Program-made: the position numbers and the translations under genes
Virus record (IMG/VR): IMGVR_UViG_3300044995_000369
Span: 15,196-79,195 of that record
Origin: a virus
Reading direction: 5' to 3' (one strand)
DNA: 64,000 nt
Notes under the pieces: generated by a model
The model's input: the letters and a program-made list of their open reading frames with translations, nothing else
What the model was told of the DNA's origin: nothing
Databases searched by the model: none
Shown here: positions 10,612 through 21,226 of the stretch, piece by piece
Layout of the letters: each line of letters opens with the position of its first letter
Position numbering within the stretch: the first letter of the stretch is position 1

Positions 10612-11207
10612 CCACTATGTACCTGAATAGAGGAGGCAATCAGGACAAGGTCTCCGTATGGCACTTTTCTTTCCAGTACCTTCTTGGAATGGTTTTCCGG
10701 AAAGACAACTCCCATCATATTAACTACTATTTCGTTTACTCTTTTACCGATATTGTTTGCATTCTGCTCTACCCAGTTTTCTACAAACAACTCTAGCTTC
10801 TCCAGTTCATCTTTGGGAAGGTCTTCTTCTGACTTGAAGTTCTTGCCCTCTTTCCTTTGCAGGGCAAACCACTCTCTTTTTCCAGACTCTCTTGCCTCCC
10901 TTATTTCCTCTTCTTCTACTGTTCTCATTGCATCTTCTACCTTTTGCATGTCTGACATTGTTATAGCTCTGAGGATATAGACCCTATTTTTGCCAGGTGC
11001 GACACCTTTAAGGATCAATGGCTGGAGCAAGTCATCTGGGTATTTCTTTTCATATTCTGCGAGTTTAGCTTGAATCTGTTCTTTCGTGAGATTAATGTTA
11101 TCAGGAATGTTCTTCTTTTCCTGATCGGCAGATGCTGCTTCATCTGGTTTTCTACTCTTTTCCTTTTCTGATTCCCAAATCATTTTACTCTCCATTTTTA
11201 ACTCCAT
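10545..11207 (-). CDS. Acidic hypothetical protein, putative tail assembly chaperone
   Basis: 220 aa, Glu-rich, with YILRAITMSD and a C-terminal SIQVHSGW; sits upstream of the tape-measure-like gene. Confidence 0.5.
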   Translation of the reverse strand: MELKMESKMIWESEKEKSRKPDEAASADQEKKNIPDNINLTKEQIQAKLAEYEKKYPDDLLQPLILKGVAPGKNRVYILRAITMSDMQKVEDAMRTVEEEEIREARESGKREWFALQRKEGKNFKSEEDLPKDELEKLELFVENWVEQNANNIGKRVNEIVVNMMGVVFPENHSKKVLERKVPYGDLVLIASSIQVHSGWSDIETNVEAYDEKELEELYP

Positions 11208-13036
11208 TAGCTGAGTGTAACTACTATACCATTATGATCTGAAATATAGGATTTGTCAATAGTATGTAGCTTTTTCCAGTATTTATTTCTATAGGACTCC
11301 TCGTTCATGTTAAAACCTCCAGGTTCATGAACTTCGATGCATTCATATACTTCCCCTTTGTAAACAATTTTGAATCCTGTATTGTATTTGGATACAGAAG
11401 GAGACCAAAACGGATAAACTTGCTCCCAGTCTGATTTTATAAAATTAGCTTTTGGCTTTTGCTCAATAGAACCTTCTATATCTGTTCTTTTTATCTCCCA
11501 AGTGAATTCTTTATCAGGGAACAATTCCTTAATAGTTCCTCTTTTTTCATTCTTAGTTCCTTCCAATAAGATGACTTTACACTTGCCATTTAGGGATCCA
11601 AGATGATTCTCACCTGGCTTTGTTGCTACTTTGGTAAGAATTGCATATCTGAATTCTTTGTTTTCTTGGGAATCTATTTTTACAGTTACATCGAGACTTT
11701 TAATTAAAGAACCTTCTCTAACATATCCGGCACTATATCCTTTAGAAGAAGAATTCTTTCTGCACAAAAATAGTGCAGATCCATTCTCTTTGTTGCCAGA
11801 AACATCTCCAGGAACTACATAATACTTACCCTGTTCATAGAACTGTATTTCATTAGGTTTATATTCCTCATATTTTATGGTGTTTTCCGGAGAGTATATG
11901 TCTATAACCTTGAACGAGCTCTGGTTGAGACTCTGCGAAAAGCTACCTTCTATATCTGACCAGAGTATATGGTCAATGTCAAGAGATTTACTTTGATCAT
12001 ATGCATTAGGAAAGCTTACATAGTCTCCTGTTATAGTTTTCATAGGGGGGTTTAAAACGGAAGTAAAGAAACTTAGAGAAGCATCTCCCACGAACTCCGG
12101 AGCTGTTAAGTTCCTTTTCCTTGTTGTGTTAAAATCTCCTCCGACTACGAATCCATAACTCGAAGAACCAGCCTCTTGAAATTGTTTCCTTTTTGATTCA
12201 ATAAACCCTGCTGCGACAGAACAGGTCATTTCTCTTAGTGTTTTATTCCATGCTTGAAGGACAGTTAAAACAGAAGAGTCTACAGAATTAAGACCTAGGG
12301 CTTTAGGAGATGGTAGATTTGATTTCAAGTGCACATTCAAAACCCAGATCCTTGATCCTTGGTGCAAAATCCGGGCAGCCAATATTGGGCGGATACTCCT
12401 GTTGAATTCAAAGTTTACTAATAACTTTCCCCAAGCTGGCTGTCCTGCGACAGCTTGTTGTAGCTCTGTTCTGGTATTTTCTACATAGTTTATAAGTTTG
12501 ATTGTTTCTAATTCGTTGGCAGGACCAAGTGAATCAGTTCTAGGTCTTTTATGAGCGTCAAAGTATTCAAAGACATTTATACGTTCAACTTCTTCTATGG
12601 GACTTTTAGATACAATACACAACTTTTGAGATTGATTTACAACTGCCTGGTCATTGATGGTGGATACAAGATATGGATAGCATATTTTATCTCTATCTGA
12701 CTGATCCACACTTTCTGTGCTCAAGTAAGAATTGTACCTCGCTATTACTGATGCCAGGTAGTTAACGGAAACCACTTCTTGAAAGAGCATTACGTCTGGA
12801 GCATCCTTACTTGTAGGAAAGTTTGTTTTGAGGATTTCAAACAACTTTGATACTCTTTCAAAGTCCACCAGTTTACCTTTGTCTAGTGGAGTTTTTGTAG
12901 TATCTGCATCTTGTAACTCTTTTTCGTTAGCAAGAAATGCTGCAGAGTCCATGTAGTTAATGTCTTCATCTAGTAGGACAGCCCCACCTACTGCGGGGAA
13001 GAATTTAAGGTTCCATGAAAGAACTTTCAGATCCAT
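11207..13036 (-). CDS. Endonuclease/exonuclease/phosphatase (EEP, DNase I-like) family protein with inserted carbohydrate-binding-like module(s)
   Basis: EEP motifs in order: VLSWNL, PDVMLFQEV, NVHLKS, VGGDFN, IDHIL and terminal SDH. A CBM5/12-like segment WSPSVSKYNTGFKIVYKGEVYEC...YWKK lies before SDH. Confidence 0.85.
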   Translation of the reverse strand: MDLKVLSWNLKFFPAVGGAVLLDEDINYMDSAAFLANEKELQDADTTKTPLDKGKLVDFERVSKLFEILKTNFPTSKDAPDVMLFQEVVSVNYLASVIARYNSYLSTESVDQSDRDKICYPYLVSTINDQAVVNQSQKLCIVSKSPIEEVERINVFEYFDAHKRPRTDSLGPANELETIKLINYVENTRTELQQAVAGQPAWGKLLVNFEFNRSIRPILAARILHQGSRIWVLNVHLKSNLPSPKALGLNSVDSSVLTVLQAWNKTLREMTCSVAAGFIESKRKQFQEAGSSSYGFVVGGDFNTTRKRNLTAPEFVGDASLSFFTSVLNPPMKTITGDYVSFPNAYDQSKSLDIDHILWSDIEGSFSQSLNQSSFKVIDIYSPENTIKYEEYKPNEIQFYEQGKYYVVPGDVSGNKENGSALFLCRKNSSSKGYSAGYVREGSLIKSLDVTVKIDSQENKEFRYAILTKVATKPGENHLGSLNGKCKVILLEGTKNEKRGTIKELFPDKEFTWEIKRTDIEGSIEQKPKANFIKSDWEQVYPFWSPSVSKYNTGFKIVYKGEVYECIEVHEPGGFNMNEESYRNKYWKKLHTIDKSYISDHNGIVVTLS

Positions 13037-16000
13037 TATGCACTAACTCCGATTCTGTCAAAAGTTATAATTCTAACCCCGTTAGTGTTTGCGTTAACTT
13101 TGGCAATTTGTTTAAATCCTGTCCCAAGCTTCTTAGCATTATCTGGCAATGCCAAGTCTGTTTCGGACAATGGACTGGATTTCTTAAATCCTACGCTTAC
13201 TTGCTCCCACTGTAGCTTCAAGGAGCTACCACCTCCCACTGTAGTAGACTTGAACCTTATTATGTAATTACCATTTCCTTCTTTTCTTTCAAATATGTCA
13301 TAAGAATCAATATCCGAGTATATCCTAAGCATATTAGGTCCTAAAGGACTTATGCTTGGTTTAACTCTTCCTAGCTCTCCAATTTCTATTTGTGCTTGTT
13401 CAAATTCTTCGTCTGAGAGTTCTACTCCTATGTTGTCTACACCAATAAACATTTTTGCAGCAAATAGTGACCATAAAGCTGCTATAACTTTCTTATCAAA
13501 CTTCTCGACGTCCTTGTCTATTTCGATACTTGTATACGCACTATTTTTTAGGCCCCCAAGAGAAACTCCTAAAATTGACAATGGTTCTCCGGTTGCATAA
13601 ATGTCATAATATTTTGAGGTTCCATCATTCTTTCCGAAAGTATGTCCTGTTGCAACCATAAACTTTTTACTGTCGAATGTTTTGGTGATTGCTAGCCTCT
13701 TGCTATCTTCCACTCCCAGCAAATCAGCAAAGGAACAATACTTTTCATCCTTTCCAGGTCCGGAAAATAAAGACTTAAGCTTCCCTCCAATTTCTTTTAC
13801 AAAGTACTCTCCTGGTACATATGTTAACTCATTTAGTGTCAAATCTGATAGTCTAACACTATCTGACTTGTAAGTCTTTATTGCAGGGTCATTGTATCTG
13901 TCTTTTAGGTACCTTAATTTAAGCTCTGCTTTTGCAAGTAATATTCTGTTGACACCTGGAAGGTAAGAAAAGTGTATATCTGACTTTTCTGTAACAAGTA
14001 AATTGTTTGGTTTATTTTCATTGCCGGGAGAGTTTGTTTTCAGTACTGGGCTCCTTTTAGGGATAAAAGAAGGGACTTCTTCCAAGCTAGAAGACAGCAA
14101 GTTGGACTCTGATTCTGGATCTCCACACAGCGTTAAGCCTTCTCCAAAAGACCTTGTGCATGTTAAACCGTTTATATTTTTACCTATGCCAACACTCACA
14201 TTAGTTACAGCGACATGTATTTTTTTGTTGTCAAGAGTTGAAGACGGTCCAATATATACTTTTGATGCAATCGCAAATAGCTGTTCGACTTTTGTCTCAT
14301 TTTTTCCTTCCTTTAGAACGGAAAGTCTGACAGGAAGGCTACTTGGCGAGGAGGGCATTTTTGCCCCAGAAACTAGAGAATAGAGATCTATTTCATTTAC
14401 TGCATCTATGTCGGACTCACAACTAGAGCCATCCATATATTCAAAAATGCCACCAGCCTCTGACAATAGATCAAACAAAAACTGTAACATATCGATATTT
14501 CTCTTATTTCCGGAATTCTTGTCCGACTTCTTAATTGTTATGACATTTTTTAAGTACGATAGTATCGCAACTGTATAGTAGACTACTCCACCAGAGGCAT
14601 CAAAGAAATACGCTCTATTATTCTTTCTGTTGTCTTCTTCATTCTTTAATATATCAAGTGCTCGGCTAAACTCTTTTATAGACCCTTGATCAATTTCTAG
14701 CTTGATGACTACCGACGATAAAGAATTCTCTGAGATATACTTTTCTATTTCTTCGACCCTGGTAATGTTGGAAGGAAAAACCTCCCCAGATGATATGCTA
14801 AGGAAGATTGCAGTATTTGAGCTATCATCTCCTCCATTGTTACTACTGTATAACTTTGATGCTTTGGCTGCTTCATAATACTTTTTTAACAGATTGGAAG
14901 CAAGTACAACATTTTCACTATTATAGGAACTTAAATCACCTGATTGTGAGGTGTCTGAAGGTATAAGTATAGTTGGTTTTTGCCCTTTTTCAACATATTC
15001 CCCACCGAGATACGATCCTACCCCAAAAAAGGAAAATAGGGACTTTTCGGAGATGTTTTCATCTATATTGGTAACTCCTGTGAGATAGGAAGAAAAGACT
15101 GTCTTGATATCTTCCCCTATGTTTCCAAAGTCCGGAATTACAACTACTGAAATATAGGAAGGTGAAACTGGTTTCCCATCTTTTAAAAACCCTTTCCTTC
15201 CGGATTGCCTTAAGATGCCTACATCTTCTTGGGAAAAAGATAGCTCACCAGGACTCTTTACATATATACCAGCATAAGGGTTTACTGCGTTTGGATCTTT
15301 GTAAAACTTGTAAGAAGTCAGCAGCTTGGAAAGCACTGCAAAGCCATACAGAACGGCTCTTCTTTTAGAAAGGCCTATATTTGTCATTGAAGTCAAAAAG
15401 GATAAAGGGTGGAAGTCTACAATGCTCTCATGATCCGATCCACCTTCTAAGAGAGAGTTGTAGTCATCAAATGTCCCATTTAGTATACCTTCCAAGGTTC
15501 TAAATTTTGTTCCCCTTGGAAGGTATGGATACATGCCATTTCTAAGGAGGAAGTCTGTATAAGTCTTTCCCGTTACTGTTAGCTCAGAGTTTTTTATAAA
15601 ACCAACATCTCTGAGTTTATCTGAGTTAATCATCTCTACTATCTTGTTTTTCTTATCCTGGTAGGAGTGGTTGTTTCCAATTTCTCTAGTAAGTTCTTCC
15701 GCGTCTGATTTCTGATAGGCAGCAGGAACCCCAAAAGCAGCAGTGAAATAGATATCTCTTTCAATGCCAGGAACTTTGGTGTCAGAGAAGTTTCTTAAAA
15801 CAAAAGAAAGTCTTCTTGACCCTTCGTTAGATGAATCTGCATATAAAGAGGTACTTAATATTTGCAGAAGCTGAGCCGGGAGCCAATTTAGATGTTTTAG
15901 GGATTGGTCGTTTTTTTGTGCCAATTTTTTGGTTATATTAAGAGCAGTTTCGAGATTACTTTCTATTCTCTTGTTTTGTACAGCACCTTCTGTGAGAGCT

Positions 16001-19000
16001 ACTGAAAAGTTTACCGGATTGTTTGGATAAAAGTTAATCTTGTCAGAAACTGATTTCGCTATAAACTGCACTTCTCCTGAGTACTTTGGGGCCTTTATGT
16101 TTATTACCTGAGCAAAGACTGGTCTTGAAGACAAGTAGCCAAACTCTATGTCAAGTATTGCTGTTTTGCTCAAACCATTGATTCTTGGATTGTCAAACTT
16201 AGACAGATAACTGGGAGGAACCTCCATACCAAAAATTGATGTCCCTATAACAGTTTTTGGATCGTCTTTGATCTTTTCTGTCCATTCAGAAGATTTGACA
16301 ATTTTGCTCCATATATCCTTTCCCACTGCTTGCTGCAACATTCTATCTGAGAAGATAGAAGCTTGATCAAGCTTCCATTTGCCATGAAAGGCAAATCTTT
16401 TATTTTCTACTAAGGATCTCGCAAAACTATCAAAGTTTTTGATTACGCATCTGTAACCGAGTCCCTTAACAATATCTGGAAAACCATATCCGGGTCTAAG
16501 GAATATACAAGCCATCCTGTTGGTAGTGGGATCTTCCATGAAGGATAAATCGATAGATGTCTTTCCAACCAAAGAAGACAATGTTATCCCATTTTTCAAG
16601 TCTTCTGACTTCAAGTCTTTCAGAACTACAGGATACATTTTTGTAAATTTAATCCCTGCTGAAGAGTCTTTAGAGACTTTCAACATGTTAGTAAAATCCT
16701 TCAGGGGAACTATGTACTCCGTATCCTCATTTGATGAAGAACCAAAGAAAGAAGATTTGTCTTTCGAATAGATTGAAGAAGCTATAATTTTATCTCTCAT
16801 TATCTTTTTTAGGTCTTCTTCACTTGTTCCTTTTTCTATTGGTTCAAATGTATTTACTATTCTTGAGTTTTCTATAACTGCTTGACCAACAACTCCCATC
16901 ATGTCCAAGAGTTGCAAGGTAAATGCACAGTGGGTAGCTATTGTTCTTACAGGGTCTAAATTACCATCTAGCCATTTTGGTTTAACTACCTTAAACAAAA
17001 ATACCCACTTTCCCTCTTCTATGTTTCTTACAAACTGTTCGTATGTATATGACTTTGTATGATCTATGAAAGAATACTCGTCTGTACCTTCTATACTTTC
17101 CACCAAGCACACTGGGATTTTTATTGAGGCATCCCCTGGCACTATGTTTTTTTCGCCTTTAGGGTAAGTCCACGAGGAAAGGAAGAACTTAGAAACTGAA
17201 AATGCACTAGCCAGGCTAGCTCCATTGTCATTAGTCTTTCCTTCTAGTACAGAATTAGAAAGCTCTTTTAAGAATTCTAGTAGCGGTGTTGCACTTCTTA
17301 CTTCATACTCCGGAACTATAGAAGCATCCTCTGAAGAAAGCTTTGATGCATACAAATAGTACTGATCAACTCCATCCTTCAGTAGCTTTCTTAACTTTTC
17401 ATTTCTTAGGATGGTATCTAGGATAATTCCTGCTATGCAAAAAACAGCTACAACTAGCGCCTCTTTTTCCCTTTGCGACCCATTGTATTCTACTCCTACA
17501 GCGTCCCCTATGGAAATAAGTTCCGGAATTGAGAAGATAGAAGAATTGCTAAGCAGATTATATTTTGTAGCTATGGAATTTATGAGCTCTGCATTTATAG
17601 AATCTGCATCTTCTATTGAGGAACCCAGTGGGTAGAGTATTTGCATTCCGATAACAGAGGATCCTCCCCAAAAACTTGAAATCATATTAGGCTTACTAAG
17701 TAGGAACAATAGGGGACTTTTAATGGATGACAGCAAAAGATCGTTAAAGCTGCTTGAGATAACATCCACAAGAGAAGAGGAAAGTCCGAATTCATTGATC
17801 ATTTTTCCTCTTACCCAGGATAGGTTTGATCCCTGTGCAACAAAGTTTTCGAAGGCCTCTTTGTTGCTCAAGGCCAAGCCGAGAAACTGTTTAGCAGGAT
17901 TACCTTCTCCCGTGGAAAAGTTTAGCTGAGAAAGAATACTATTTATTAGTACAGGTACAGAACTATAAGAATAATTTATGTTGTTTACAAACATCCCAAC
18001 AAACTCTTTGGGATCCCTAATTTCAAACTTTTTATAGTGTTCAGATCCTTCTTCAACTTTCCCGTCACCAGAAAGGAATCCATTCCACGGAATGAAGCTC
18101 ACGTTATTGGGAACGTAGTTGTAGTCTAAAGCAGGCGAAGAGCTTGAGGGATTTGGATTGAAATTCAAACCATTACCAGATACAGTAAAGTATTCCTTAA
18201 CTGTATCTGAAAATATACTTGAATCAGTAGACGGTATGACAAACTTTTTGATAGAAGCAATCTCTGAAAGAGAGTACTTCTTCTTTCCTAATATATTTGA
18301 TGGGTTAGTTTGGTCAACTACTTCTATTGTGATAGTCTCAATATCTCCTGACTCTTCAGAGATTACTCTTCCTCTTACCTTTTGTGAGGTTTTGGTTACT
18401 ATTTCTACCATTTCTCCACTTCTGTCCTCCCTGGTAAAGGCTATTCCAAGCAAGCCAGCTATGGATTTTTTGAAGTCTTCTACCAGTTCCACATAAAAGT
18501 GGTCTGATGTTATACAAGAGTACATAAAGTCTCCAAAAATGCCACCATTGGAGACATAGAAAGGTCCAGCAGAGTTGGTTATTTTGTCCGGATAGAAAGA
18601 AGGAAGCAAATCTCCTAATTCTATCCTTGAACTCGGAAGAGTTTCTAAGGAAGACCTTCCGAAAAGAATCCTTTTAGCAACTGAAAAAGAGAAGGCTATA
18701 TCTTTTAGTTTTGTTTGTTGTACTGGTCTTGTACTTATGTTCTCTTTCGAGGGTTCTGACTCTGGTTTTATGCTTGCTGTAACATTTGGGGAGACAAAAG
18801 ACGAAACTACTTCTATAATACCTGGTCTAGCTTTAAACTCTGGACTTAGCAAGGAAGCTTCATCTATACAACTTCCTGGAACAAAGGGGTCAGTTGTATA
18901 TCTTACGCTCTGGTCTTCGCTGTATATTACTTCTCCTGGCTGAATGTCTATTACAAACGAGTTGTCCTCCGGATTGTAAAGAGACGTTTGTTTTACAGAC

Positions 19001-21225
19001 GCATCTATAAAGATTTCGGAGGTGCTAGCATTGGCAGAGACAGCTGCTTTGTTTATTTCTTTTCCTATGTGTATTTTGCATTCCTTCAAGGAGCCCAAGA
19101 TAAGCTTTCCTATGGCTTTCAGCCTTGTGAAAGATATAGTGTTATCAGATCTTACAATGTATAGACTCGAATCAGAGTTTATTGTCATATTATCTGTTGC
19201 TACAAGTAGCAAATCGTTTAGGGAGCAAGAAAGAAATTCGCGAGATGCTGATCTTTGCAACAGTGAGTTGTATGCTCCTTCTGACAAGTTGTCTGATACA
19301 TTGGAAGATAAGTCAGAGTTTAAAGCACCAAATGAACCAGCAATCCTTCTTAGTATGTCTTTGTATATATCAAAATTTGATGTACCAATTTTGTAGTTTT
19401 TGTCATAGATTTTTGAAATCCCAGACAAGGACACATTTCTAAGAAGGGAGCTTATAGGAATTGAATATTTTTCTTCATCGTAGCCACCAAGTCCATAAGT
19501 CAGTATTTCTGCATCTAAAAAAGGAGCTATGTTTTCTTTGAAGACGCTTGGATCTTCTGGGGAGTAAACTCCAGGACTATCCCATCTTTTCCTTTCTGCT
19601 CCGAAAACAAGATGGGCATAAGGTGGGGTTTCATAATAAAGTATTTGCAGCTCATTAAAGTAGTTGTCTTCTGAAGGTTCTGCGTAGCCATATACAAAAG
19701 AACCATCGGATTCTTTTCCCATATAAGAAACAAACGGAGTCCAGTAGAAGAAAGAAGGCAAGTCAGAGTAAGCCTTGATGTTAGAGCCTGACTTTATTCC
19801 TCCTTTCCACCTCGGAGAGTTCAACAGCTTCGAACTAATTACATCCTGCCAGTCTTTTTCTTTGATATACTCTCTAACTTTCAGGGCAGAAAACTGATCC
19901 AAAGTTTTTGGAGAACCATCATCTGCTTCTGCTGGTTTATTTCCTGTTTTACTTACCTGATTTATAGCAGCTCTACCCAGTATTGGAGAAGTTATCTTGT
20001 CCTTGACTTCAGAAATAGACTTATCCAAATCACTAATTGTAAGGTTCTTTGTTCCATGTTTTACGATGGTATTTGGTACAAGATCTGTTTTTGAATATTG
20101 GGGAGTCTCTTCTACGTCATAAAATAAATCCCCAGACCAGATTGCTCTTTTCCAGTCCTCATCTAACTCGACTTGGGTAGATCCTTCTGTAACTGGCTTT
20201 TCCAGCCTAGTATCAATGTAGGAGACATAGTCTTTATTTCCTTTTTCAGTGTAAAAAAGAGGAACATTGACAATGTTAGCGAAGTCAGCCAGAATAGGAA
20301 GACTCGCTAGAGCAGAGTTTTCACTTTCATCTATTTTTGTTGGCAGCACCATTCTTGCAGCTGCAAGTGCAGAGGTGCTTTTGAGTTTTGTTCCTATAAC
20401 AGAGCTTTTTGAAATGATGACTTTTTTGGCTTCTGTAAACCATTTACCAAAAATACCACCATATGCTACTCCAGCTTTTACCGGAATAAACAAAGGTCTT
20501 GTGATTTTGCCTAGATAAAGACCACCCTTTACCATTGGTTTTTGAGGACAATTGTACATTTCCCTTCCAACTTCCACTTCTATAGAAAGAGGAAATGCTT
20601 TGTCTTCCACCAGCCCTTTTGATGCTAGTTGGGAGTCTATTGTCATAACGTCAGAAGCGTTCAAAGATTTAATCAAATCTTTAGCTCCTTCTTTGGGAAC
20701 TCTTAGCGTCCAAGGAATATTAAACTGGTCAATGTATTTGTATTCTGGAGGAACCTCGTCTCCGAACTTGTTGATGGAGTCTTTTGGCATTGATACTTGA
20801 TTTTTAATCGAAATTCTGGCAGCTTCTTCGAACGCTTTTTGTGCTTTGTTTTTTTGGTCAGCTATGAACTCTTGAGCTTTCTTGATTACTTCAGAAATGT
20901 CCCCAAAAGCGATATGCCTAAAAATGGAAGCAGCATGAGTTAAAGCAGTTGGGGTTATAAAATATCTGACATCATAGCCACAAATCATCTCCAGATGATT
21001 CAGCCTGTTATATACATTGTACTCTTTTGAAGGAGAAGATGCTTCTATAGAAGCATCCGTTGTATCCTTCGGAGCTAGTGGTTGATTTTTTAACCTACCA
21101 ACATCCCCTTTTCCAGGAGAAGTACCATCAGTAAAAAGTGTCTTAGTAGAATCTGTGATAGCAGGAGGATTTGCACCAATTCTCCTTGCTGCCAGTTCCT
21201 TGTCTCTGAGGTTTATTTCTGCCAT
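13036..21225 (-). CDS. Giant hypothetical protein (2729 aa), probable baseplate/tail-associated
   Basis: Long open ORF, tightly coupled to its neighbours in the tail module. No catalytic motif recognised. Confidence 0.5.
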   Translation of the reverse strand: MAEINLRDKELAARRIGANPPAITDSTKTLFTDGTSPGKGDVGRLKNQPLAPKDTTDASIEASSPSKEYNVYNRLNHLEMICGYDVRYFITPTALTHAASIFRHIAFGDISEVIKKAQEFIADQKNKAQKAFEEAARISIKNQVSMPKDSINKFGDEVPPEYKYIDQFNIPWTLRVPKEGAKDLIKSLNASDVMTIDSQLASKGLVEDKAFPLSIEVEVGREMYNCPQKPMVKGGLYLGKITRPLFIPVKAGVAYGGIFGKWFTEAKKVIISKSSVIGTKLKSTSALAAARMVLPTKIDESENSALASLPILADFANIVNVPLFYTEKGNKDYVSYIDTRLEKPVTEGSTQVELDEDWKRAIWSGDLFYDVEETPQYSKTDLVPNTIVKHGTKNLTISDLDKSISEVKDKITSPILGRAAINQVSKTGNKPAEADDGSPKTLDQFSALKVREYIKEKDWQDVISSKLLNSPRWKGGIKSGSNIKAYSDLPSFFYWTPFVSYMGKESDGSFVYGYAEPSEDNYFNELQILYYETPPYAHLVFGAERKRWDSPGVYSPEDPSVFKENIAPFLDAEILTYGLGGYDEEKYSIPISSLLRNVSLSGISKIYDKNYKIGTSNFDIYKDILRRIAGSFGALNSDLSSNVSDNLSEGAYNSLLQRSASREFLSCSLNDLLLVATDNMTINSDSSLYIVRSDNTISFTRLKAIGKLILGSLKECKIHIGKEINKAAVSANASTSEIFIDASVKQTSLYNPEDNSFVIDIQPGEVIYSEDQSVRYTTDPFVPGSCIDEASLLSPEFKARPGIIEVVSSFVSPNVTASIKPESEPSKENISTRPVQQTKLKDIAFSFSVAKRILFGRSSLETLPSSRIELGDLLPSFYPDKITNSAGPFYVSNGGIFGDFMYSCITSDHFYVELVEDFKKSIAGLLGIAFTREDRSGEMVEIVTKTSQKVRGRVISEESGDIETITIEVVDQTNPSNILGKKKYSLSEIASIKKFVIPSTDSSIFSDTVKEYFTVSGNGLNFNPNPSSSSPALDYNYVPNNVSFIPWNGFLSGDGKVEEGSEHYKKFEIRDPKEFVGMFVNNINYSYSSVPVLINSILSQLNFSTGEGNPAKQFLGLALSNKEAFENFVAQGSNLSWVRGKMINEFGLSSSLVDVISSSFNDLLLSSIKSPLLFLLSKPNMISSFWGGSSVIGMQILYPLGSSIEDADSINAELINSIATKYNLLSNSSIFSIPELISIGDAVGVEYNGSQREKEALVVAVFCIAGIILDTILRNEKLRKLLKDGVDQYYLYASKLSSEDASIVPEYEVRSATPLLEFLKELSNSVLEGKTNDNGASLASAFSVSKFFLSSWTYPKGEKNIVPGDASIKIPVCLVESIEGTDEYSFIDHTKSYTYEQFVRNIEEGKWVFLFKVVKPKWLDGNLDPVRTIATHCAFTLQLLDMMGVVGQAVIENSRIVNTFEPIEKGTSEEDLKKIMRDKIIASSIYSKDKSSFFGSSSNEDTEYIVPLKDFTNMLKVSKDSSAGIKFTKMYPVVLKDLKSEDLKNGITLSSLVGKTSIDLSFMEDPTTNRMACIFLRPGYGFPDIVKGLGYRCVIKNFDSFARSLVENKRFAFHGKWKLDQASIFSDRMLQQAVGKDIWSKIVKSSEWTEKIKDDPKTVIGTSIFGMEVPPSYLSKFDNPRINGLSKTAILDIEFGYLSSRPVFAQVINIKAPKYSGEVQFIAKSVSDKINFYPNNPVNFSVALTEGAVQNKRIESNLETALNITKKLAQKNDQSLKHLNWLPAQLLQILSTSLYADSSNEGSRRLSFVLRNFSDTKVPGIERDIYFTAAFGVPAAYQKSDAEELTREIGNNHSYQDKKNKIVEMINSDKLRDVGFIKNSELTVTGKTYTDFLLRNGMYPYLPRGTKFRTLEGILNGTFDDYNSLLEGGSDHESIVDFHPLSFLTSMTNIGLSKRRAVLYGFAVLSKLLTSYKFYKDPNAVNPYAGIYVKSPGELSFSQEDVGILRQSGRKGFLKDGKPVSPSYISVVVIPDFGNIGEDIKTVFSSYLTGVTNIDENISEKSLFSFFGVGSYLGGEYVEKGQKPTILIPSDTSQSGDLSSYNSENVVLASNLLKKYYEAAKASKLYSSNNGGDDSSNTAIFLSISSGEVFPSNITRVEEIEKYISENSLSSVVIKLEIDQGSIKEFSRALDILKNEEDNRKNNRAYFFDASGGVVYYTVAILSYLKNVITIKKSDKNSGNKRNIDMLQFLFDLLSEAGGIFEYMDGSSCESDIDAVNEIDLYSLVSGAKMPSSPSSLPVRLSVLKEGKNETKVEQLFAIASKVYIGPSSTLDNKKIHVAVTNVSVGIGKNINGLTCTRSFGEGLTLCGDPESESNLLSSSLEEVPSFIPKRSPVLKTNSPGNENKPNNLLVTEKSDIHFSYLPGVNRILLAKAELKLRYLKDRYNDPAIKTYKSDSVRLSDLTLNELTYVPGEYFVKEIGGKLKSLFSGPGKDEKYCSFADLLGVEDSKRLAITKTFDSKKFMVATGHTFGKNDGTSKYYDIYATGEPLSILGVSLGGLKNSAYTSIEIDKDVEKFDKKVIAALWSLFAAKMFIGVDNIGVELSDEEFEQAQIEIGELGRVKPSISPLGPNMLRIYSDIDSYDIFERKEGNGNYIIRFKSTTVGGGSSLKLQWEQVSVGFKKSSPLSETDLALPDNAKKLGTGFKQIAKVNANTNGVRIITFDRIGVSA

Positions 21226-21226
21226 A

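Noticed and set aside
19790-19825. NSPRWKGG resembling a homing-endonuclease-associated (NUMOD3-like) motif in the 2729-aa protein
   Set aside because: Isolated short match with no HNH or GIY-YIG motifs nearby; likely chance.
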